64,000 nucleotides of DNA, taken from a virus. A program made the translations under genes and the position numbers. Shown here one piece after another: positions 28,825 through 36,698 of the stretch. The stretch covers positions 14,579-78,578 of the IMG/VR virus record IMGVR_UViG_3300009499_000114; one strand, written 5' to 3'. The notes under the pieces were generated by a model. It was not told the origin of the DNA and did no database searches. It worked only from the letters and a program-made list of their open reading frames with translations. Every line of letters begins with the position of its first letter. The stretch's first letter is position 1.

Positions 28825-30226
28825 CATCAGCATCTTGATCCCCGTTCACGCGGACACTCCGCAGAAAGTGGGCTGGCTGGCCGAGGCGCTGGAATCCCTG
28901 AAAGCCCAGACATTCGTGGACTTTGAGGTGCTGATCGTGGACGACTTGTCGCCACTGAGCCTCGACGCGGTCAAGGCGGACACCGACGGGCGCTTCCGCT
29001 GGTTCCGCACGTCGGAATTGAGCGGGCCCGCCCGCTGCCGGAACACGGCGGCAAATCTTGCCCGGGCCGAAGCGCTGCTGGCACTAGACGCCGACGACCG
29101 GCTTGCCGAACCGGAGACACTTGAAGTATACTTCGAGGCGTGGAGGAACGACCAGAAGCGCGTCGTGTACGGGGACATACAAAGGTTGGAAGCCAGCAAG
29201 GACGGTTCGTTCAACTTGAGCAAGGTTTTCAACCTGCCCGAGTATACCTTCGAGGGCGTGATGAGGCTGAACGGCATCATCCCCGTCACGGCGATGCACT
29301 CAAAGGAATGCCACCTGGCGGCGGGCGGCTGGAAGCCGGAGCTGGACGCGGGCCTGGAGGATATCGAGTACTGGATCGCGGCTGGCAAGGGCGGGTTCTG
29401 CGGGCACCGGATCGACGCGGTGACGTTGCTCTATCGTCGCCACGAGCAGAGCCGCGCGTTCAAGCTGAGACGGGTTAACCGGCGCGAATCCGAGATGCGG
29501 AATGCAATTCGCATGTTGCATCGAGACGTCTACGAGGGGAGGTTTCCCATGGGGTGTTGCAGTGGCGGTAGTAGTGGTGGATCCGGGCAGCCGGCGTTGG
29601 CATCGGCCAGGGCTAGCACGACCGCTAGTCAACCCACGACGCTGGACCAGTTTGCGGGCAGCGAAAAAGTTTGGGTGCAGTATAACGGCAAGCGGATGGC
29701 AGCCTTCGGCGTGACCGGGGTGTTCACCGGGATGTCGTACAAAGTCGACGGGCCGGGTCACAAGCTGGAGGTGCACGTCAACGACGTGAGCAAGTTCCGG
29801 CGGGCCGGGCGTGGGAAGGACTTCGCAGTGGGCGTCGCGGCCCCGACGACCGGCGTACCTGATATGCCGGGCGAGCCCCCGGTTGAAGAACAACCGCCGG
29901 AACCGTACAAGGCTCCCGACGTGCAACTGGCGACCATCGAGCGGCTGGACGCGATAGGGCACGGGCGGGAGCCTCGGCCACGGCAACCGCAACCGGAACC
30001 CGAACCGTCGCTAGAGCCCGAACCACAGGGTGGTCCTGGTTCGCTGGCGTCTTTGGACCTGGGCAACCTAGCGGGCATGCTGGAGCGTGATGGGTGGACG
30101 GTCGAGGCGTTGGCGACGGCTGAGGTGGATGAGCTGATATCCTACCGGGGTGTTGGGCCGGTGCGGGCCAGCCAGGTCATCGGCAAGGCGAGGGACAAGC
30201 TGGGGATGAAACGGGAGGCGGCGTGA
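28817..30226 (+). CDS. GT2 glycosyltransferase fused to an MGCC-start/Pro-rich/HhH-like C-terminal module
   Basis: ISILIP..VDD..LDADD..LED; internal GGAGG+ATG at 29549; terminal RGVGPVRA HhH-like motif. Confidence 0.8.
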   Translation: MPDISILIPVHADTPQKVGWLAEALESLKAQTFVDFEVLIVDDLSPLSLDAVKADTDGRFRWFRTSELSGPARCRNTAANLARAEALLALDADDRLAEPETLEVYFEAWRNDQKRVVYGDIQRLEASKDGSFNLSKVFNLPEYTFEGVMRLNGIIPVTAMHSKECHLAAGGWKPELDAGLEDIEYWIAAGKGGFCGHRIDAVTLLYRRHEQSRAFKLRRVNRRESEMRNAIRMLHRDVYEGRFPMGCCSGGSSGGSGQPALASARASTTASQPTTLDQFAGSEKVWVQYNGKRMAAFGVTGVFTGMSYKVDGPGHKLEVHVNDVSKFRRAGRGKDFAVGVAAPTTGVPDMPGEPPVEEQPPEPYKAPDVQLATIERLDAIGHGREPRPRQPQPEPEPSLEPEPQGGPGSLASLDLGNLAGMLERDGWTVEALATAEVDELISYRGVGPVRASQVIGKARDKLGMKREAA

Positions 30227-32244
30227 CAACCTGGCGCGTGATTCAAGCCGACGTGACCGAATGGGCCGAGAACTACGATGGCCCGCCCTTCGACGCGGTG
30301 CTGTGCGACCCGCCGTATGGCCTGGGCCAGCAGCCCGACATGGCTGAGGTATTAAAGCACTGGTTGGACGGGGATGACTGCGAACAGCGGGGCGGTGGCT
30401 TCATGGGGAAGTCCTGGGACTCGTTCGTGCCCGGTCCTGCCGCCTGGCGCGCGTTGCTGTCGGTGTGCAAGCCTGGTGCGCCGCTGCTGGCGTTTGGGGG
30501 GACACGGACGGCTGACTTGCTGGGCGTGGCATGTCGTTTAGGGGGATGGGAACGATTCGACGAGATAGACTGCTTATCTTGGATATTCGCGAGCGGCTTT
30601 CCGAAGTCCACTGCGTTGGGAAAGGCGATTGATAAGGCGGCAGGGATGGAGAGAGGAATAATAGGAGTAGGTCCTTACGCTTCGCGGCGACCGCGCCAAG
30701 ATAAAGCGGCGCAAGGGTTGACTTACAATGATGACAATTATGTGCGTCCTGCTGGGGATGCCATCACTGCTCCTGCTACACCCCAGGCCATTGCTTTTCA
30801 CGAATATGGCACTGCCCTCAAACCCGCTCATGAGCCCGTCCTGCTCTTCCGTAAGCCACTGGCCCAGGTGTCCAGCGACGACCTCCACGCCGCGACGGGC
30901 TGGGACTGGTGGCATCACGAGAAGGCTATCAGGAACACGCCGGCCGAGCGGCTGAAGGTGCTGAAGCGGTATGGGCTGCGCCTGCCGTCGGGCTACGTCG
31001 AGGTGGATCTGTTCCGCGTGTCGCGCAAGGCGCTGCACCCAGGCGTGGAGTCGGATACGCTGTTCGTGGCGAAGGCGCGACGGCAGTGGCGGGGTGGGCA
31101 GACTGAGCCCGAGACGCTGGGCCGGGTGGACGTGCGACCTTACCGGCGCTGGAAGTCGCGAACGTATGCGGCCAATGCGCTGGTATGGGGGACTGGCGGG
31201 TTGTGGGTAGATGGGTGTCGGGTAGTGACGGGGGATGAATTCGGCGGTGGGGCAAAGATGTCCAGTAGCGGTCACACTCTGGGGAATTTTGAACACTACG
31301 AACATGATGGTTTTAAGGTAGCAACTCGCGGAAGATTCCCGCCGAACCTGCTTTTGTGCCATTCTCCCGGATGCGTCAAAGTTGGGACGCGGCGGGTGAG
31401 GGCGCATTGGTCTCAACCTACACGTGGCACTATGAAGACGGGACAGGTATATGGTCAGTATGGTGATAAGTATATTGGCAAACAGGTTGGCTACGCCGAC
31501 CCCGACGGCACCGAGTCGCAGGACGAGTGGCTGTGCGAGCCTGGCTGCGCTGTGGAGGCCCTGGGGCGCATGAGTGGGGAGAGCAAAAGCAAGCGCCCTG
31601 ATATGACGATACATCACCAAAAAGCGCCAGGGTGTAATGGAATCTACAACGAATACACTCTGATTGAGAACGCTAGGTATCCCGACAAAGGCACCGCCAC
31701 CCGTTTTTACCCCAACTTCTCTTGGCACCACGAACTTGCCGAGCGGCTGGCGGAGGTGACGCCGTTCAGGTACTGCGCCAAAAGTGCTAGGGCTGAACGT
31801 GATGCTGGGTTGGATGGGTTTACATTGCAACAGGGATTTGATAAAAACACAAGTGCAGTGATAAGACGCAGTAATCCTGATACCGGAATAGTAAGAGAAT
31901 TTGAATATAAACCAAGTCAACGCCACAATCCACACCCAACCGTCAAGCCCATATCCCTCTGCAAATGGCTGGCCTCCTTATGCTTGCCCCCGCCCGCCTA
32001 CGCCCCGCGCCGAATCCTGGTAGCTTTCGGCGGCACGGGAAGCGAAGCCATCGGGGCCATGCTGGCGGGCTGGGACGACATCACGCTGGTGGAGACAGAA
32101 GCCGAATACTGCGACCTGGCCGATGCCCGCCTGGCCTGGTGGCAGCAGCGCATGGAGCAGAGCGGCCTGGACGAGCCGGGCGTGCTGCTGAAGTGGAAGC
32201 CGGAACTTAAGATACCTGCCCAAATGGAGATGAGCATTGGCTAG
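30223..32244 (+). CDS. large mosaic amino-DNA methyltransferase
   Basis: CDPPYG..SGFPKS..GTALKPAHEP..HPTVKP..FGGTGS. Confidence 0.88.
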   Translation: MTTWRVIQADVTEWAENYDGPPFDAVLCDPPYGLGQQPDMAEVLKHWLDGDDCEQRGGGFMGKSWDSFVPGPAAWRALLSVCKPGAPLLAFGGTRTADLLGVACRLGGWERFDEIDCLSWIFASGFPKSTALGKAIDKAAGMERGIIGVGPYASRRPRQDKAAQGLTYNDDNYVRPAGDAITAPATPQAIAFHEYGTALKPAHEPVLLFRKPLAQVSSDDLHAATGWDWWHHEKAIRNTPAERLKVLKRYGLRLPSGYVEVDLFRVSRKALHPGVESDTLFVAKARRQWRGGQTEPETLGRVDVRPYRRWKSRTYAANALVWGTGGLWVDGCRVVTGDEFGGGAKMSSSGHTLGNFEHYEHDGFKVATRGRFPPNLLLCHSPGCVKVGTRRVRAHWSQPTRGTMKTGQVYGQYGDKYIGKQVGYADPDGTESQDEWLCEPGCAVEALGRMSGESKSKRPDMTIHHQKAPGCNGIYNEYTLIENARYPDKGTATRFYPNFSWHHELAERLAEVTPFRYCAKSARAERDAGLDGFTLQQGFDKNTSAVIRRSNPDTGIVREFEYKPSQRHNPHPTVKPISLCKWLASLCLPPPAYAPRRILVAFGGTGSEAIGAMLAGWDDITLVETEAEYCDLADARLAWWQQRMEQSGLDEPGVLLKWKPELKIPAQMEMSIG

Positions 32245-33442
32245 AGCAGAAACCGTGACACTTCTACCTCTTGACGTTTACGCTAATATCATGGGCATCA
32301 GTCCTTGCCATTTCAACCAGCTCCAGGGCCTCAAGGCCCCGCTGGGTGGCGGGTGTGACTCCGTCTGGGACCAAGACGCGCGAGAAGCGCTGGCCTGGAC
32401 GATGTACCAGGCCGAGCAGATGATAGCCGACTTCCTGGGTTTCTGGCCCGCGCTGAAGTTCATCACCGGCGAGTCAGTCCCGTTCAACCTGCCCGGCGTA
32501 CGCTCCGACTGGCGGAACGCCGAGATCGAGACCGAATGGAAACACGTGGACTGCTACGGGACCGAACTGTTGACGCTGAAGCAGGCCGACGCTACCGTCG
32601 TGTTCCAGGACCTGGACGCCGACCCTTTGGAGCGTGAAGAGACGGCGCTCATAGGGACCGCCATGTACGACACGCTATCCGCCTGCGACCATGCCTGCGA
32701 CGTAGCGGTCTTCTTCCGGGTAGCGGACGGGGCCGAGGACGCCGCCGACCCGAGGTGGGAGATTCGCCCCATCAAGGTGGACATTGACGGGTCCATCATG
32801 TACGTCACTGCCGAGGCATCGCTTTTCGTACTCCCCAGATTATGGACTCTGACCGAGGCCGACTGTGCATACTCGGACGACAAGAACAAGTGGCAGTGGA
32901 ACTACGAGCAGGCAAATCTCGTCAGTAAAGTGGACGTGTATTGCCGCACCTGCTACAAGGAAACGCCCGTGTCCTTGCATTGGGATGGCGTGTGCGACTG
33001 CCCCGGCGTGTGCGAGCACTCGACGCAGACGGCCTGCGCCTACGCCACGGACTGGAAGCGCGGTTTCTTCGTGCCCAGGCCCGCAACGTGGAACGGGACG
33101 ACGAACGTGGACGCGGCGGCCAGATACTCCAGCCCGCCTGAGTCGGTCATCGTCAACTACCGGGCCGGGTATCCCCTGAATTCGCGTACCTGCCGCATGG
33201 ACCCCAAGCTGGAACGGGCCGTCGTCAAGCTGACGAATGCGCTGCTGCCTGAGCCTCCGTGCGGATATTGCGACGCGGCGCGCAAGCGTTGGGAGTTGGA
33301 CCGGATGGACGTGGACCCGTTGACACCCGAGGCGGCGGACATGCCCTGGGACCTCTACACCAGGGGTGCACTGGAAGCCTGGCGCATCGTCAAGATGATG
33401 GCGATGGGCAGCGGCGGCAAGATGGGGAGGGGTTACAGATGA
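32237..33442 (+). CDS. probable head-tail connector/adaptor (Cys-rich)
   Basis: AEQMIADFLG..VNYRAG motifs; position before the neck and tail genes. Confidence 0.6.
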   Translation: MARAETVTLLPLDVYANIMGISPCHFNQLQGLKAPLGGGCDSVWDQDAREALAWTMYQAEQMIADFLGFWPALKFITGESVPFNLPGVRSDWRNAEIETEWKHVDCYGTELLTLKQADATVVFQDLDADPLEREETALIGTAMYDTLSACDHACDVAVFFRVADGAEDAADPRWEIRPIKVDIDGSIMYVTAEASLFVLPRLWTLTEADCAYSDDKNKWQWNYEQANLVSKVDVYCRTCYKETPVSLHWDGVCDCPGVCEHSTQTACAYATDWKRGFFVPRPATWNGTTNVDAAARYSSPPESVIVNYRAGYPLNSRTCRMDPKLERAVVKLTNALLPEPPCGYCDAARKRWELDRMDVDPLTPEAADMPWDLYTRGALEAWRIVKMMAMGSGGKMGRGYR

Positions 33443-33699
33443 AAACTGAACCATTGACGACTGATTATGCCAATGCAATGCTATTCTGTGCTTCCTGCGA
33501 GCAACAGACCGAGCATCAACTTATTACTGTATTCACTGAGCAGGACTGGCTCGAATACTACGCGAGCGAAGGACAAGATTGGGTTCATAATTATGTAGGT
33601 ACAGGATACACACTATGTCAGAAATGTGAGATGGAAATAACTTATCCGGTAGATCTTGTGGCTGAATTTAATTTTGAGAGTAACGAGGAGACGGAATGA
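33439..33699 (+). CDS. small Zn-finger hypothetical protein
   Basis: CASC..H..CQKC; AT-rich insert with ATGA overlaps. Confidence 0.55.
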   Translation: MKTEPLTTDYANAMLFCASCEQQTEHQLITVFTEQDWLEYYASEGQDWVHNYVGTGYTLCQKCEMEITYPVDLVAEFNFESNEETE

Positions 33700-33843
33700 A
33701 AATTTTGGTCACAGGCGGCGCGGGCTACGTGAGCAGCGTGATGGTCGAGGCGCTGGTTGAAGCCGGGGTGCTCTGACTTGGAGACCATCATATCCGACGC
33801 CTGGGCCTGGAAGCGGGCATACCCCAAGGGGTATAGTTCATGA
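33696..33843 (+). pseudogene. galE: internally deleted UDP-glucose 4-epimerase remnant
   Basis: The GalE N-terminus MKILVTGGAGYVSSVMVEALVEAG is joined out of frame to the GalE C-terminus SDLETIISDAWAWKRAYPKGY. Confidence 0.85.
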
Positions 33844-34385
33844 AGATAATGTTCCGTGATGTGCGTTCGGGCAAGCGCAAGGCGGCTATCACCGACCTGG
33901 CGAGCATTGCCCGCGCTGAACTGGAAAAGACTCTGGACAAAAAGGTCAAGCCCGAGTTGATCAGACGCCACGAGAAAATTGTAGAAAGCTGGAAAAACAA
34001 GCCGGGCTTCGGGGCGCGGAAATATCTGAAGCCGGATCGCATAGAGATTGCGGTATTCCCAACCGGCGAGCACAAGAAGATCTGGGAATACGTAGACAGG
34101 GGGACAAAACCACATACGATCACGCCCAAGAAAGCCCCGTACCTTAAGTTTCAGTGGGGCGGCAAGGGAAGTTACGTGCCCAAGACGCGACCCTTTCCGT
34201 ATGCCACGGTCGTGAAAGGCGGCGGTTACGTTAGGAACGCAAAGACAGTACGTATGCTGAAAGTCAAGCATCCCGGCACGGAACCGCGTAATTTCACAAA
34301 GCAAATCGCAGAGAACGTCCAACCGGATTTCAAAAGGGAGGTTGAGAACGCTTTCCGGCGCGCACAGCGCAGAGTGAGCGAATAG
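33840..34385 (+). CDS. HK97 gp10-like neck/tail completion protein
   Basis: Basic protein; YVDRGTKPH..VKHPGTEPRNF. Confidence 0.7.
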   Translation: MKIMFRDVRSGKRKAAITDLASIARAELEKTLDKKVKPELIRRHEKIVESWKNKPGFGARKYLKPDRIEIAVFPTGEHKKIWEYVDRGTKPHTITPKKAPYLKFQWGGKGSYVPKTRPFPYATVVKGGGYVRNAKTVRMLKVKHPGTEPRNFTKQIAENVQPDFKREVENAFRRAQRRVSE

Positions 34386-34397
34386 GAGTGACGGTCA

Positions 34398-35903
34398 ATG
34401 GCTGATGACTTGGTTCACAGAAGTCATGGCAATGTCGACGTGCAGGTGGGCGGACCGGGTAACAACTGGGTCTACCTATCAGCCTGCGGGCGACTGAGCG
34501 GCCCGACCGTACCCAGAGGCGGAACGGAAATCCGGTGGTGCCAAGACCCGCACCGGGCCGGAGGGTTCAAGGTAAGCAGCAAAATCAAGATGGCACCCGA
34601 CCAAGTGACGGGTGACCTGATGACGAAACTGGGTAAGATTGATTACCTGGAGGACCTGGGCTGCCCCTTCGGGCTGCGGGCCAGGTACGCGAAATGCAAC
34701 GAGCGGGAGGACCCCGCTAACTACGACCCGTTCATGCTGAACTACTGCCCGGTTGACTTGACTGAGCATAACTACGAAGACCTGGCAGTGACCGACCCAG
34801 GCGAGAACGACGAGATCGTCGTGACTGCGCCCTGGACAGCTTCTTCAGAATACCGAGTCAAGAAGATCAACGCCTCGCGTGTGGGCACCGCGGCCCAGCT
34901 CGGGGACGTGGCGATCAACGATATCGAGTACTGCGACCAGGTGACCTGCGGCGGATACTGCGGTGACCGCAGCGACGGGTGCGCGCTGATGTGGGGCGTG
35001 ACCGATGCCAACACAGCACCCTACGCCAACCCGCAGCTCATCAAGGGTATCAAAGACATGCCGTCCGGCGGCATCACCTTTTCTTACGCGCCCATCCTGG
35101 GTCTCAACGGTGATGTCGAGGGCATCGAGTGTGCAGGTAGCCGCCTGATCGTTTCGTCCAACGCCGACAGCGCGATAGCCTACAACGACCACAAAGGCGA
35201 CCAGAACGAATGGAACGTGATATCCATCGCGCCCATGGCACCGACGGCCAATCACAATGCACTCTATGCGCGGACCGCCCGCGAGATATGGCTGGGTGCT
35301 GAGAACGGCTACATCTACAAGTCCGTAAACGGTGGTCTGACGTGGACGCCGGTCCTCCAGGGCGAGATCACGGGCCAAAACGTCAACGCGGTCTACGCCT
35401 ATGATAAGGATTTGGTATATGCAGTCTGCAATGCCGGCATCATGCTCAAATCTGAGGATGGTGGCGGGACGTGGGACGATATCACCGAAATCGCGACCAC
35501 GGGTGCTGACTTGCTGGTTGTGACGGTTCCGCCTGACCGCCCCAAGGAAGTCTATATCGGTACCAATGCCGGGCAGATCTTCAAATCAGAAGATGAGGGG
35601 GACACTTTTGCGAACGTCCCGTTCGACGGCGATGGCATTGGCTCGGTAGACGACATTGAATGGTGCGGCCCGTGCGCGGGGGACATCATGTGGTTCCTGC
35701 ACAACGACGCCGGGCCGAGGGGCCGCATCCTGCGCGACCTGTCGGGCGGTGCTGGCGGCGCGGATGTCGAGGTCGTGATGGACTACACCAACGTGCTGCC
35801 CAACTCTGTCGAACTGAATGCGCTCGACTGCTGCGGGGTGAATGAAGCCATCGCTGCCGGTGAGTTGTACGGCACTTACCCGGCAGTGATCAAAGCAAGC
35901 TAG
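34398..35903 (+). CDS. probable major tail protein with C-terminal BNR/Asp-box beta-propeller
   Basis: Sits before the chaperone and tape measure. Asp-boxes KSVNGGLTW, KSEDGGGTW, KSEDEGDTF. Confidence 0.65.
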   Translation: MADDLVHRSHGNVDVQVGGPGNNWVYLSACGRLSGPTVPRGGTEIRWCQDPHRAGGFKVSSKIKMAPDQVTGDLMTKLGKIDYLEDLGCPFGLRARYAKCNEREDPANYDPFMLNYCPVDLTEHNYEDLAVTDPGENDEIVVTAPWTASSEYRVKKINASRVGTAAQLGDVAINDIEYCDQVTCGGYCGDRSDGCALMWGVTDANTAPYANPQLIKGIKDMPSGGITFSYAPILGLNGDVEGIECAGSRLIVSSNADSAIAYNDHKGDQNEWNVISIAPMAPTANHNALYARTAREIWLGAENGYIYKSVNGGLTWTPVLQGEITGQNVNAVYAYDKDLVYAVCNAGIMLKSEDGGGTWDDITEIATTGADLLVVTVPPDRPKEVYIGTNAGQIFKSEDEGDTFANVPFDGDGIGSVDDIEWCGPCAGDIMWFLHNDAGPRGRILRDLSGGAGGADVEVVMDYTNVLPNSVELNALDCCGVNEAIAAGELYGTYPAVIKAS

Positions 35904-35911
35904 AGAGGTAT

Positions 35912-36517
35912 GTGATGACGAAAGCTAGAGAGCTTTTGAAAGGATACGAAATCCACAAGCTGGGGTCGAGCGGGGTGACGGTCAAGATTCTGCCGTTCCC
36001 CGCCCGGCTCTACGAGGACATCCAGGCCGAGGCGTTAAAAGAGTTCCCGGAAGTGGAAGTCCCGCTCAAGACCATCAAGGTGCTAGACGGCACTGAAGAG
36101 GTCGAGAATCCAACTGATCCAGGCTACGTCGAGCAGAAGAGGGCAAGGGATAGAGAGCGCAAGACCTGGACCAGCGAAAAACTACTGACCTACTTGCTTG
36201 ACTTCTGCATCCAAGTTGATTTGAAGAAGTGGGAGAAGGTCATGCGGCGGCTGGAAAAGGCGCTTGTGCCATTCTCTAAGGATTCCGACGAGCGCAGGGT
36301 GGAATTCCTGACGCGCTATGCTATCGTGACCAAGTCCGAGTACGAGATGCTGCTCATCAAGTCACTAGCCCAGACTTATATTGACAACCCGGAGGTGGCC
36401 GCGCGGCTGGAGACTTTTCAACGTGAGGTGGAACGGGCAGCCGATATTGACGCTGATGCATCCGGCGCTGATGGAGACGAGCGGCTGGACGTACAGCCCG
36501 AGGTTGAGGCAACTTAA
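35912..36517 (+). CDS. tail assembly chaperone (G-like)
   Basis: Located between the tail tube and tape measure, with an overlapping downstream frame. Confidence 0.65.
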   Translation: MMTKARELLKGYEIHKLGSSGVTVKILPFPARLYEDIQAEALKEFPEVEVPLKTIKVLDGTEEVENPTDPGYVEQKRARDRERKTWTSEKLLTYLLDFCIQVDLKKWEKVMRRLEKALVPFSKDSDERRVEFLTRYAIVTKSEYEMLLIKSLAQTYIDNPEVAARLETFQREVERAADIDADASGADGDERLDVQPEVEAT

Positions 36518-36692
36518 GGCGGCCCGGTGGTGGGGGTGCGACACGCCGGGCACGTTTGACGAACTGAGCAAGTCGGAGAAGTTGGACATCTTGGCCGCCT
36601 ACGAAGTAGGCTGGCGTGAGAGTGCCGTGAACAACTACGAGGCGCAGAAGAAAGCCGAGCGGGAAGCCAAGCAGAAAAGCAAGGGGAAGTAA
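36417..36692 (+). CDS. tail chaperone frameshift extension (T-like)
   Basis: The +1 frame FNVRWNGQP...FDELSKSEKLDILAAY ends just before the tape measure and has no clear own start. Confidence 0.55.
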   Translation, partial: FNVRWNGQPILTLMHPALMETSGWTYSPRLRQLKAARWWGCDTPGTFDELSKSEKLDILAAYEVGWRESAVNNYEAQKKAEREAKQKSKGK

Positions 36693-36698
36693 ACGAAC

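Noticed and set aside
29549-29580. MGCC as a eukaryotic myristoylation/palmitoylation signal
   Set aside because: The context is a bacterial phage with SD-led genes, so no such machinery is expected.
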